DNA of 64,000 bases from Candidatus Eiseniibacteriota bacterium. Lineage in GTDB: Bacteria > Eisenbacteria > RBG-16-71-46 > CAIMUX01 > VGJL01. Made by a program: the position numbers and the translations under genes. Under the pieces are notes generated by a model. That model was given only the letters and a program-made list of their open reading frames with translations. It did not search any database and had not been told where the DNA came from. The stretch covers positions 64,001-128,000 of the forward strand of contig CAWBWI010000002.1 in assembly GCA_963792585.1 (NCBI GenBank), in the 5' to 3' direction. Shown one piece after another: positions 28,724 through 37,898 of this stretch (its first letter is position 1; each line of letters begins with the position of its first letter).

Positions 28724-29188
28724 ATGAGTGGACTGAACAAGGTGATGCTGATCGGGAACCTGGGGGCCGACCCGGAGATGCGCCAAATGCCGTCCGGCGG
28801 CTCCGTCGCGAGCCTGCGTCTGGCGACGAACGCGCAGTGGACGGATCGGGAGGGCAACCGCCAAGAGCGGACCGAGTGGCACCGAGTCGTGGTATTCGGG
28901 AAGCAGGCGGAGATCGCCTCTCAGTATCTGCGCAAGGGGCGCCAGATCTACGTGGAAGGCCGCCTCCAGACGCGGCAGTGGCAGGACCAGCAGGGGCAGA
29001 CCAAGTACATGACGGAGGTCGTCGCCAACAGCTTCATGATGCTCGGCGGACGAGCGAATGGCGCGGAGGGTGTGGGACCAGGGCAGGGAGGCGGCGGCCG
29101 CTCGAGCGTCCCGGAGGACGCAGGCCCCGAATACTCCGAGGAGATCGGTCCGGTCGGGGATGGGGAAGACAGCGACGTTCCGTTCTAG
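28724..29188 (+). CDS. ssb: Single-stranded DNA-binding protein
   Basis: '[15 protein letters not shown]', 'TEWHRV', 'VEGRLQTR', acidic tail 'DVPF'. Confidence 0.97.
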   Translation: MSGLNKVMLIGNLGADPEMRQMPSGGSVASLRLATNAQWTDREGNRQERTEWHRVVVFGKQAEIASQYLRKGRQIYVEGRLQTRQWQDQQGQTKYMTEVVANSFMMLGGRANGAEGVGPGQGGGGRSSVPEDAGPEYSEEIGPVGDGEDSDVPF

Positions 29189-29308
29189 AGCCGCGATTTC
29201 CGCGCGTTTCGTTGGATCGACGCCAAGCCGTTCCGCGACGATTTTGGTTGCGCGCAGAGGCTTGACCCTGCGCGCAACCTAGCCCTAGACTGCACGGGTG
29301 CTCTCTGC

Positions 29309-29381
<73 letters not shown>

Positions 29382-29395
29382 CATCCGATGAAACT

Positions 29396-29734
29396 GGGGG
29401 CGCCTGGTTTCGACGGGGAGAGGGGAGCCAGGACAGCGTGCCGAGCCGCCAGGGCCTCGTTAATCCCATGGCAAAACATAACTGCCAACACTGAATTGGC
29501 ATTGGCTGCTTAGGTAGCCCGTTCTCTGTGATTGTGCCCACTGGGTTGCAGAAGGACGCTGTTACAGCAGGCTAGTCGCGGGATCGCCTCGTTACCGCGA
29601 CGAAACACTTGAGGCTGGTCCCAAAAGGATCCTGACGATCGGAGCCTCAGGGACGAGAATCAAATGATCGGATACGCACGTAGACGGACTGGTCGATCTC
29701 TTTTCGGACGCGGGTTCGATTCCCGCCGCCTCCA
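29396..29734 (+). ncRNA. ssrA: tmRNA; tag peptide (A)ANTELALAA* at 29484-29513
   Basis: 5' GGGGGCG pairs with 3' CGCCTCC-A including G3:U wobble; 'GGTTTCGACGGG' 5' motif; T-arm GGGTTCGATTCCC; tag ORF ending LAA; smpB nearby. Confidence 0.95.
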
Positions 29735-29742
29735 CATTCTAA

Positions 29743-30876
29743 CTACTTGGGTCCCAACGAGTTGACTTTCGAAGGGACCCCCGTCTCCACGCCGTCTCCA
29801 CGGCAAGTTCCGACGGTGCGATCCTCGAGCAGCCGGATTCCCGCCTCGATCGCGGCCGGTGATAGGTGCATGTACCTTGCCGTCGTGCTCAGATCGCGGT
29901 GTCCGGCGAGTTCCTGGATCGCCCGGGCCGGTGCGCCGCGCATGGCGAGATGTGAGCAGAACGTGTGACGGAGCACATGGACGCCCGCGTTCCTGAGGTT
30001 CGCCAGCCGCGCCGAACGCTCGACGAGGACGCGGACGATCTTCTGCGAGATCCCCTCCCCGTCCCCACGCGTCAGCACGCGCGGACCCTTCAAGTGCCGG
30101 TGCGAACGAAGTGCGTCGGCAAGCCTCGAGGTGAGCGGCACAAGCCGAGCGCGGCCGCCCTTCGGCGCCGTGACCTGGCCCTTCCATTCACTCCGGCGCA
30201 CCCAGAGCTGGCGCTTCCCGAGATCTACGTCCGTCCATTCCAATGCCATCATCTCGCCACACCGCAGGCCCGCCTCGCCTCCGAGCAGCACGATGATGTG
30301 GGCGCGGGCATCAACGTGACGGGCCGAGTCAACCAACCGCTCGTACTCGTCGAAGTCATGGAACGCTGCCTCACACGGCGGCTGCGCCCTCACAAGCCGA
30401 ACGGTGCAGGGCATCATCGCGAGCACGTCCCACTCGACCGCGACTTTGAGCAGCGTCGAGAGGACCGAGAGCACGTTATTGACGGTCTTCGGTGACTTCC
30501 CAGCGAGTTTGCCCTTCAATCGCTGGACGTCCTCATTCGAGATCTCATCGAGCTTCTTCCGGCCGAGCCGAGGAACGAGGTGCACCCGGAGGATCGTCTC
30601 TTTGGCCGCGATCCCCGATGGCTTCTGACGGTTCGCCTGCGCGTAGCCTTCGAGGAAACGCGGAGCGAACGTCGCGAACGTCGGCACCTCCTTTCGTGGC
30701 TTCTGGATTCCCTGGACCAACATCTCGCGCTCACGCGCTTCGGCCCACCGGACGGCGCCTGAACGCGACGACACGGGAGCCCGGCGGCGTTCCCGTTGCT
30801 TCGTTCCGTCAGGCATTCGCACGGCGATGTCCACTTCCCAGCCTCCGCGCCGATAGGGTCGGATCTTTACGCTCAT
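29743..30876 (-). CDS. Tyrosine recombinase / phage-type integrase
   Basis: 'GLRCGE', 'HVLRHTF', 'LAGH..TT.RY'; N-terminal arm-binding-like region; RBS AAGGAG. Confidence 0.95.
   Translation of the reverse strand: MSVKIRPYRRGGWEVDIAVRMPDGTKQRERRRAPVSSRSGAVRWAEAREREMLVQGIQKPRKEVPTFATFAPRFLEGYAQANRQKPSGIAAKETILRVHLVPRLGRKKLDEISNEDVQRLKGKLAGKSPKTVNNVLSVLSTLLKVAVEWDVLAMMPCTVRLVRAQPPCEAAFHDFDEYERLVDSARHVDARAHIIVLLGGEAGLRCGEMMALEWTDVDLGKRQLWVRRSEWKGQVTAPKGGRARLVPLTSRLADALRSHRHLKGPRVLTRGDGEGISQKIVRVLVERSARLANLRNAGVHVLRHTFCSHLAMRGAPARAIQELAGHRDLSTTARYMHLSPAAIEAGIRLLEDRTVGTCRGDGVETGVPSKVNSLGPK
29781..29802. repeat. Tandem 11-bp direct repeat, candidate integrase arm-type sites
   Basis: ccgtctccacg x2, about 47 nt from the ssrA 3' end. 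Confidence 0.55.
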
Positions 30877-30892
30877 CGCTTGATAGTCTCCT

Positions 30893-31114
30893 TCAAGGCG
30901 ATGGCGCACGACTTCGGTCGAGCCAGTGTAGCAGATCGTCCCGGCGCACGAGGCGGCGCCTTCCGAGCTTCGTCAGCCCTGGTAGCTGGCCCCGTTCGGC
31001 CATGGCGTAAACAGCCTTTCTCGATGTGCGCAGAAGTGCCGCAACCTCAGGAATCGTAAGCAAGATAGCGAGGTCATTGACGACGTCACTGAACGGGGAA
31101 TCTTTGGTTCTCAT
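30893..31114 (-). CDS. Excisionase-like HTH protein
   Basis: 'LLTIPEVAALLRTSRKAVYAMAERGQLPG..KLGRR'; directly upstream of integrase. Confidence 0.88.
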   Translation of the reverse strand: MRTKDSPFSDVVNDLAILLTIPEVAALLRTSRKAVYAMAERGQLPGLTKLGRRRLVRRDDLLHWLDRSRAPSP

Positions 31115-31827
31115 GACGCCGCCTGCCCCGCCTGCGGTGCCCCAAAAGCGACAGCCGAAGGTCGGCGCGATCGGCGCGCCGATGGATGATCGTTTGCTGC
31201 CTCGCGTTTAAGCCGCATGGCCGCGACCTCGCAGTACCGTTCGTCTATCTCAATGCCGACAGCTCGGCGGCCCAGGCTCTGCGCGGCAAGAAGGGTTGAC
31301 CCTGAACCCATGAACGGATCGAGCACCAGATCGCCCGGGTCACTCGAGTTCCCGATGAGCGCGGATAGGACGGCGACCGGCTTCTCCGTCGGGTGCAGCT
31401 TCAGCGGCGGCGGCGCAAAGCGGAGAATGTTGCCGAGGCCGCCGTCCCGAAGCCGGTGATCGGGTTCCGGGCAATACGCGATCCACTCAAACATGCGGCG
31501 CCAAGCATCACCCTCGCCAATCCGTCCCTTGTCCCAGATGAGGACGTTGGTGGGATCGAGCGTCGGGAACAATCGGATGCCGGCTCGCACGTCCGTGAAG
31601 ACGTAAAGGGCACCATCGGTCGGAAGCAAGCGTCTCGCGTCGGCCAGGACCCGTTCCAATTCATCGTCCTCAAGTAGCCGGAACCACTCCAGGCTTGAAC
31701 GACGGTGATCACGCCAGAAGTAGGGCGGGTCTGTCACGATGAGCGCCACCTCACGAAGACGCGGAAAGATCTCCCGGCAATCGCCGTGGTAGATCCTGAT
31801 TCCGCCGTGGTCGTAGTACGGCTTCAC
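31111..31827 (-). CDS. DNA methyltransferase (N4/N6, beta class)
   Basis: 'TDPPY', 'HPTEKP', 'VLDPFMGSGST', 'GIEID'; GTG start at 'VKPYY'. Confidence 0.9.
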   Translation of the reverse strand: MKPYYDHGGIRIYHGDCREIFPRLREVALIVTDPPYFWRDHRRSSLEWFRLLEDDELERVLADARRLLPTDGALYVFTDVRAGIRLFPTLDPTNVLIWDKGRIGEGDAWRRMFEWIAYCPEPDHRLRDGGLGNILRFAPPPLKLHPTEKPVAVLSALIGNSSDPGDLVLDPFMGSGSTLLAAQSLGRRAVGIEIDERYCEVAAMRLKREAANDHPSARRSRRPSAVAFGAPQAGQAAS

Positions 31828-32088
31828 GGCTGGTCCCGCCGGACGGACAGACCACAGGAAGCTCCAGGGGTTCGACCAGGAGCAGGCCGACACGCCGAAG
31901 GAGCGCCTTGGTAGGAATCCATAGACTCGGTGGCATGGGGTGGCGATTGGAGCGCAGAGCGCGAATCAACACGAACCACCAGCCGGACACCCGCCGTGCG
32001 CATACCGAGAGAACAACAGCCCGCAGACCAAACAGCCCAGCTGCAGACCGACAGACGGCGGACATGTTCAACGACGCTACGCATTTTC

Positions 32089-32950
32089 CTAAGGCCGCCC
32101 TTCAGTCGGCCCGCGACCCACAGCAATTCCAGCAGTTACGGCCGGACCCCTCCCCTTGCGGTAAGGGGAGGACATAAGGGGAGGACGGAGCTCGTTCACC
32201 GCGCCCGTCAGGTGCGCCCGAAGCTCCTCGCGGTCTCGCCAAACCATCCACCAGCCGGACCAATGCCCCGCAATGCACGACTCGACGGATCGTCTTCTCG
32301 GAGCAGAGGCGCCGGGCACGAAGGCACACAGCCCGAACTCGGGCCAGCCGAAGAGCCCCCCGTTTTGACGCTGCCTCTCGTATGCCCCGATTTTCCGGGC
32401 GAGAACGGACAGCGCCTCCGTTCCAAGGTCCACTTCCAGGGCTAGGCGAATGGCGAGCGGGTCGTCACGACGTCCGATCGAAAGCTGAACCACGGCGTCC
32501 GGAATCACGGGGGATCCGACCGTGTCGGGATGTTCTCGAATCTCCCAGTCGGACCGAACCAGATCGAGTCGCAAGCCGTCAATTTCGGTCGGCCACGATG
32601 GCCAGATCAACCCAGGCGCGAACAATGGACAGGTGGTGCGCGACGCCGCCGCGTGGCGCCCGCAATGGCTGACCGCCATGTGCCTGGACCCAGGCGCGGC
32701 CGGCAGGGCCGAGGACGTAGCGGTTCTCCTCCGATCGGTCACCAGAACGGACGTCAAGAAACCCGGCATCGAAGAGCCGACGCAGTCGACAGGCAACCGT
32801 GTCCCGCCGGGTGTTGGGAAATGCGAAGCAAACTAGGTCGCTGGTTCGAGCCAGACGAAATCGGGCAAGCGCATCAAGAACGACCTGGTCCCGCTCAGAC
32901 AGGCGGACGCGTACTCCGCTGCGGCGGCGGTCTCGTGGCTGCCGACTCAT
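32089..32950 (-). CDS. Replication-relaxation (Replic_Relax-like) protein, frameshift near 32590
   Basis: wHTH 'LSERDQVVLDALARFR..RLRRL', 'HHLSI' in one frame; 'IPDA..LEVDLGTE..KIGAY' in the other. Confidence 0.75.
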
Positions 32951-33303
32951 GACGGATCCCGCATCAGGGGGTTGAGGATGGGGATTCCGCAATGCCTGCA
33001 CGGGGTCCAACCCGCTGACTGTTTGCAGACGCGGCAACGGGCGAAGACCCACCCTTCATGCAGGTGGGCCGGCGCCGCGCTCGAGCACTCGAACACACCA
33101 TAGGCCGGACTCTCATGGCCCCGGGGACAGATGAGAGTCTCAGAACGAAGCTCGGGCAGCATTCGGAGAAACCAGACGGTCCGACGGACGGTCTGAAGGC
33201 CCAGCCAGACGGTGGCGAGGATCCAGGACCCCGCTCGAAACACGGTGAGGACCATTCGCCCCGCCAATCCGAAATCCCCGTCCATGTCCGTTACCCCAGA
33301 CAC
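32947..33303 (-). CDS. Small membrane protein with Zn-ribbon
   Basis: Hydrophobic N-terminus; CPRGH, C..H, CRVC, CRHC; overlaps both neighbours. Confidence 0.65.
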   Translation of the reverse strand: MSGVTDMDGDFGLAGRMVLTVFRAGSWILATVWLGLQTVRRTVWFLRMLPELRSETLICPRGHESPAYGVFECSSAAPAHLHEGWVFARCRVCKQSAGWTPCRHCGIPILNPLMRDPS

Positions 33304-34850
33304 GGGAACGACTCGTCCCGCCCTTCCGCGTCCGTGTTCGTGAAGACCGGCTTGCCCCGTCTCGTAGCCTCAGGAGCGCACTCCAGGTCCGCTTCGACCC
33401 GTTCGCGGGGTAACGCCACGATCCCGCGCTCGAGAAACGCACGGATTTCGTCAGGCAGCCCTTCACCGGTTGCCCGAAGCCTTGCAAGATCAAGTCGGGG
33501 CGAGCGCACCTTCTGGGCACGAAACGGCCGGCTCTTCAGCCACAGGTAGAAGGTGCGATTCGGCAGTCTTGGAATCTCTTCCAAGAGTCGTTGGCGTTCG
33601 GCGTGCGCCTGCTTCGGGTCGGCGCCGAGCGGCAAGGCGTGGGTGATCGACTTGGCGTCCTCGAAATTGGACCGGAAGATCGCTTCCAGGTCGGCGTTCG
33701 TGCGCAGGAGCTTCACCAGGCCCGAATCGAGTTGCGCGATCTGCTGATTGATGAACGTGAGCCCCACTTTTTCGTGTCGCGCCAGCGCCAGGAGGCGGCT
33801 GAACTGCTCGGTCTGCTTGCCAGATACCGCTTCCTGGAATTCCTCGAAAAGTACCCAGGCTTGCCGGGACCGATCAGTCAGGCGCCGCGACAGAATCGCC
33901 CGGCTCAATCGTCCAACCAGGATGCCGGCCCAGAACCGCGCCGCCCGTTCCGCACCGGCCGGGGGGTCTCCGAGGTCGATCACCGTCACGCCCCGAGAGA
34001 GGCTGTCCGCGAACGAGACACATCCGGGAGTGGAAAGCGCGAGGCGCGTTTGTCGCAGGAAGAGAAATACGTCGAGCCGGGCAATGAGCGCATCAACCGA
34101 CGCCCGCGCTTCTCGGGCGAACGTGCCGGCGGCGTACTGCCGGATCACCGGGTCGGAAGAGTTCCGCGCCTCGTCTTCGAACGTGCGGGGCTGTTCCAAC
34201 CACTGCTGCAACGCGGTCAGAGGTAGATTGCGCTCGATGGCGAGCGAAACGAGCTTCAGAAACACGCGGTTCATGCGGATGCCGAGATCGTTCCCGATCG
34301 TGTCCTCGATGGCCGAGGCGATCGCGAAGGCCTGGACTTCACGCGGAACGCCCGGCTCGGGCAGGGTGATGCGAAGCTCGGGCACGTACCGCGCGTCAAA
34401 GGGCCGAATGATCCTAAGCCGTTCGAGTAGCCGGCACCCGCGATCGGTTTGGGCGAGCTGCGGCAAGGCCACCTGGGTGAGGAGCACCGAGAGTTCGCCC
34501 TTGAGGTCTACGAGTACCACCGGATGCCGGCCGGATCGAAGCACCTGAAGGAGCAGGGCGAGCACGAAGAAGCTCTTGCCCGCACCGGTGCTGCCGGTAA
34601 TCCAGCTGTGCATCGAGAGCAGCTCTCTGGCGGGAAGCCCAGCCCAGAACGCCTCTCCCTCGAGCGAGACAACTCTGGCCAGGCGGACCTTGCTACTCCG
34701 GCTGCCCACCGCCATCGCCTGCTCGAAGCTCCGCTGGTCGCGCCGGGCGTCGTGGTCCTTCTCCAAGGCGATTTGTCTCTGCCAGTGCCGGGCGCGCTCT
34801 TCCTCTCCGTGGACGAGCCGGGAGCGCAACGACAGGAATGATGAGTGCAT
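33291..34850 (-). CDS. VirD4/TraD-like coupling ATPase (HerA/FtsK superfamily)
   Basis: Walker A 'GSTGAGKS', 'VDLKGE', Walker B 'LFEEFQ', 'ARH..INQQIAQL'. Confidence 0.8.
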   Translation of the reverse strand: MHSSFLSLRSRLVHGEEERARHWQRQIALEKDHDARRDQRSFEQAMAVGSRSSKVRLARVVSLEGEAFWAGLPARELLSMHSWITGSTGAGKSFFVLALLLQVLRSGRHPVVLVDLKGELSVLLTQVALPQLAQTDRGCRLLERLRIIRPFDARYVPELRITLPEPGVPREVQAFAIASAIEDTIGNDLGIRMNRVFLKLVSLAIERNLPLTALQQWLEQPRTFEDEARNSSDPVIRQYAAGTFAREARASVDALIARLDVFLFLRQTRLALSTPGCVSFADSLSRGVTVIDLGDPPAGAERAARFWAGILVGRLSRAILSRRLTDRSRQAWVLFEEFQEAVSGKQTEQFSRLLALARHEKVGLTFINQQIAQLDSGLVKLLRTNADLEAIFRSNFEDAKSITHALPLGADPKQAHAERQRLLEEIPRLPNRTFYLWLKSRPFRAQKVRSPRLDLARLRATGEGLPDEIRAFLERGIVALPRERVEADLECAPEATRRGKPVFTNTDAEGRDESFPCLG

Positions 34851-34856
34851 GAATCG

Positions 34857-35210
34857 CTACTCCTCCTCGAAGGGGAGTTCAGGGTCATCGTCTTCAGGAA
34901 TCCTTGCTTGATCGTCGAAGGGGGCGTCGTCGGCCGGACGCCGGACCGTGGCTCTTTCTCGACGCTCCCACAGCTCTCGCTCCCGCGGGGTTCTGGCCGC
35001 ACCGGATTGAGTGAATCGATGAAGGCGCGCAAGCAGTCCGATGCCGAACAGAGCCCAGAAGAGTCCGCTGAGCGCCCATTCGAAGAACCCGCCGGAAGGC
35101 GCGCCGTGCGGCCTTGAGCCGATCAAGGTCTTCCCAAGCTCAGCGAGCGTGGTCGGCAGGACCATGACGATGAGCGCCAGGACGATGGCGCCTTTGGCCA
35201 GTCGTGACAT
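34857..35210 (-). CDS. Two-TM membrane protein
   Basis: Two hydrophobic helices, acidic tail; tightly packed in the gene string. Confidence 0.7.
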   Translation of the reverse strand: MSRLAKGAIVLALIVMVLPTTLAELGKTLIGSRPHGAPSGGFFEWALSGLFWALFGIGLLARLHRFTQSGAARTPRERELWERRERATVRRPADDAPFDDQARIPEDDDPELPFEEE

Positions 35211-35212
35211 GG

Positions 35213-35809
35213 CTACTCCAGGGCGAGGATGGTCCTGGACGGGACCTCACACCGGACACCGTCTGACAGGATCAGGATGGAGCGGGAACGGCCGCGCTTC
35301 TCAATCACGACCCGCTCGCCCGGCCGGATCACTCGATGGGTCGTCGCATCCTCAAAGAGCAGGCTGTCCACGACGATCCCCGGTCCATGCCACGGCTTGG
35401 TGTCTTTCCCCAAGAACCCACCCCAGACCCAGCCGCCATACTCCCCGGGAACGCGCACCTGATACCAGCCGTTCTCTGACTTCTCGATCCGGGCTTTGTC
35501 GCCTACGGTAAGAAGTCGGTACACCCGAGCAGAACTGTTCGGTGCGGCGCACAGAGGTACGTTCTCCGCCACGATCCGGCTATGAAACTGCCGCATGGAT
35601 GCTTCATGAACCTGATAGCCAGCCACACCGACGATCACCAATAGCAGGATCACCGCACAGGCAATGATCTCACCACTCACGCCGCTCGGAGCTGTTGCTT
35701 GCGGTGTTGGCCGGGGGACGCTTCGGGTTGCCGGGTTCGAGAGTGCTCGGGCCACCTCGGGTCGGAGGTTTCCGTATTCGTCGGCCAGCCAGTCCGTGTC
35801 AGAGTTCAT
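35213..35809 (-). CDS. Single-TM protein with bacterial SH3 domain(s)
   Basis: TM 'IIACAVILLLVIVGVAGY'; 'NVPL.AAP..LTVGD..NGWYQV..GWVWGGFL'. Confidence 0.75.
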   Translation of the reverse strand: MNSDTDWLADEYGNLRPEVARALSNPATRSVPRPTPQATAPSGVSGEIIACAVILLLVIVGVAGYQVHEASMRQFHSRIVAENVPLCAAPNSSARVYRLLTVGDKARIEKSENGWYQVRVPGEYGGWVWGGFLGKDTKPWHGPGIVVDSLLFEDATTHRVIRPGERVVIEKRGRSRSILILSDGVRCEVPSRTILALE

Positions 35810-36935
35810 TGCATCCCGCCTCGCTATCTGTCTTCCAGCCACACACCGGGCAGGGCTCCCGTCGGGCTACTCGGGCATGGATCAGGTCGAAGGGCATGTT
35901 GAATAGCTCGGCGAGTCCGCCTTGAGGAACACTGCCGCCGTGCAACAGCAGGAATTCGTGGCCGGAAGCAACAAGGTCTGCACGGCTTCCCATGGGATCC
36001 AGGAGAGCGAGGACGTGCGCGGTGGCAACAGCGGACAGGTACGCGATATCTGCTCCAAGGCCGGGTTCCGCTTCGAGGCGCTCAGTGTCGGCCGACTGGT
36101 AGGCTTGCCGACGTTCCTTGACCGACACTCCTTCGCCGAGGCCCAGCCGGAAACCAATCGCACAGAAGGCACAAGGTCCTTGGCCCGGCCGCACGACGAT
36201 GATCTCACCGCCTGAGGCGCGCTCGTAAGCTCCAATGAAGATGCCCGGAGTGTTGGTCCGATGCAGCTTTCGTTTGCCACGAAATTGCGCGGCCGGACTG
36301 TCGGTGGAGGCGACAACCACATCCGATGCTCCGATCAGCTTGTCCAGATCGGCCTCTGAAAGTGTCAGTAGATCGATGTCATGCCCGTCACCGTGGGCCA
36401 GGCGCCGCTTCAAGAGATCGGCCACGACACGGACCTTGGGTCGGGCGAGATCCATGAGGTCCCCCGCATGACGGGAGAGGTTGGCGGCGTCTAGCGTATC
36501 GTTGTCGACGATTCCGAATCGACCGACTCCGGCTTCCGCCAGCAGAAGGCCGACCTGCGACCCGACGCTACCGGCGCCGACGAGCAGGACTGAGCGCTCC
36601 GCCAGACTCATCCCCGTAGAGGGACGGATCCGTCGACTGTCCAGACCTTCCTCCACATCGACCAGATGGACCTCATTTGGTCTCGGTAGCCCGTGGCGAA
36701 GCTTCAGCGCGTACTCGTTTCCGTCCACGCTGAGAATCAGCGAGCCCGGATGAATTGGCTTCCTCGTTGCGATGCCGAGTTCCTCCAGTTGACCGTCTGG
36801 CCAGGGTTCGCTGCTCAGAATCTGGATAAGGCTTTCGCTCAGTCTTGCCAGGCCGTAGACGGGCGACGAGTCGCTTGAAGATGCTGCGGCCAGGATGGCC
36901 TGCCTGCTCGCTACGAGCCGAGGCGCGACACTCAT
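35799..36935 (-). CDS. ThiF/E1-like adenylating enzyme with ~105-aa N-terminal extension
   Basis: 'VGAGSVGS', 'DNDTL..NLSRH', 'PKV', 'STDS', Zn motifs CAFC and CPVC; RBS AAGGAG. Confidence 0.9.
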   Translation of the reverse strand: MSVAPRLVASRQAILAAASSSDSSPVYGLARLSESLIQILSSEPWPDGQLEELGIATRKPIHPGSLILSVDGNEYALKLRHGLPRPNEVHLVDVEEGLDSRRIRPSTGMSLAERSVLLVGAGSVGSQVGLLLAEAGVGRFGIVDNDTLDAANLSRHAGDLMDLARPKVRVVADLLKRRLAHGDGHDIDLLTLSEADLDKLIGASDVVVASTDSPAAQFRGKRKLHRTNTPGIFIGAYERASGGEIIVVRPGQGPCAFCAIGFRLGLGEGVSVKERRQAYQSADTERLEAEPGLGADIAYLSAVATAHVLALLDPMGSRADLVASGHEFLLLHGGSVPQGGLAELFNMPFDLIHARVARREPCPVCGWKTDSEAGCNEL

Positions 36936-37458
36936 GCGGGACCTTCTCCTTTCCTTTCGGCGGTTCATTCAGAAGAATCCTTCGAATCCGCGGGTCCGAA
37001 TCGGGCACGATTTCAATGGGGATCTCCACGAAATCGTCGGCCTCTCGTGTCATCAGGTAGGCGCGCAGATGGACCTCACCGTCTTGAAGCGTTGCGATCG
37101 GGAACGCAGCCATTTCCGTGTCCCAATCCGGACTCGTCACAATCTCTCGGGCTGTCTGCCAGTCACGGCGACTCGGATGGTCCATTCGACCTGGGTGGAG
37201 GTGGACATCCCCTTGGTAAGAGAGAGTGAAGCGCTTAAAGAGATAGTCGAGATAGTGCTGTTGCCAGGCACAATCCGGCTCGAAGCCCGTCAGCGAGCGT
37301 CCAGCATTCGGCCCCGCCGGCACGACAAAGGGCACGATCAGATCTTCGCCAAGTTTGCCGCCGACCAATATGGCGCCGGTCTCTGTTTGGCTGTACTCAA
37401 GGCAATCATTCACAAGCATGTCGTGCGCTCGATTGGACAGGACTAGAGTCGGAGGCAT
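36673..37458 (-). CDS. JAB/MPN metallopeptidase (3' end uncertain, overlaps E1)
   Basis: 'ETGAILVG', 'AGPNA', 'GDVHLHP..PSRRD' = E..HxH..S..D; ATG coupled to E2 stop (TGATG). Confidence 0.88.
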   Translation of the reverse strand: MPPTLVLSNRAHDMLVNDCLEYSQTETGAILVGGKLGEDLIVPFVVPAGPNAGRSLTGFEPDCAWQQHYLDYLFKRFTLSYQGDVHLHPGRMDHPSRRDWQTAREIVTSPDWDTEMAAFPIATLQDGEVHLRAYLMTREADDFVEIPIEIVPDSDPRIRRILLNEPPKGKEKVPHECRASARSEQAGHPGRSIFKRLVARLRPGKTERKPYPDSEQRTLARRSTGGTRHRNEEANSSGLADSQRGRKRVRAEASPRATETK

Positions 37459-37875
37459 CAAAACACCTCCCCGTTTTCGAGCCAGTTGAGATAGGCGATC
37501 AGCCAGGAGGCAGCGAGCCCGACACAGCTTGCGGCAGTCCCGGTCATCGGATCCCACGATGCCTTGTGCACGCAGATGCTGTGCGTCATCTGCATAGACA
37601 TGCGGCGCACCTGATTGAAGAGGCGGATGCTCGAGAAACAATTTGGGTTCGGAGTAGGGGAATTGCGTCGGATAACGCAGCGAGACAACGAAGGGATATC
37701 CTGGAACCGGCTCAAGGACCCCGACCCATCGGAGCCCGCCGTCCCCAGCCTGCGCAAGCTTGAAGCCTGGGAAGCGACTTCCCATGATTTCAGCCTCAGC
37801 CACCAACCGTGATCGCCACTTCGGGTCTTCCCACCACACGGTTTGGCATACCTCCCGGCGAGGGCGAGAAGGCAC
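37458..37875 (-). CDS. Prokaryotic E2 (UBC-like) enzyme, frameshift near 37580
   Basis: 'RFPGF..WVG.L..YP..FP..EP..APHVYAD' then shifted frame 'SICVH..WDP..WL..Y..W'. Confidence 0.8.
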
Positions 37876-37898
37876 CCGCCCCCGCCGTCTTGTGGGTT

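Noticed and set aside
35799..37458. Thiamine/molybdopterin/cysteine sulfur-carrier pathway
   Set aside because: E2 present, no ThiS/MoaD, rhodanese or biosynthetic genes, mobile-element context
36673..37875. 400-aa ORF read as a natural E2-JAB fusion
   Set aside because: The E2 Cys and C-terminal helix are in another frame ending at 37458 with a TGATG junction to JAB; the fusion results from an indel
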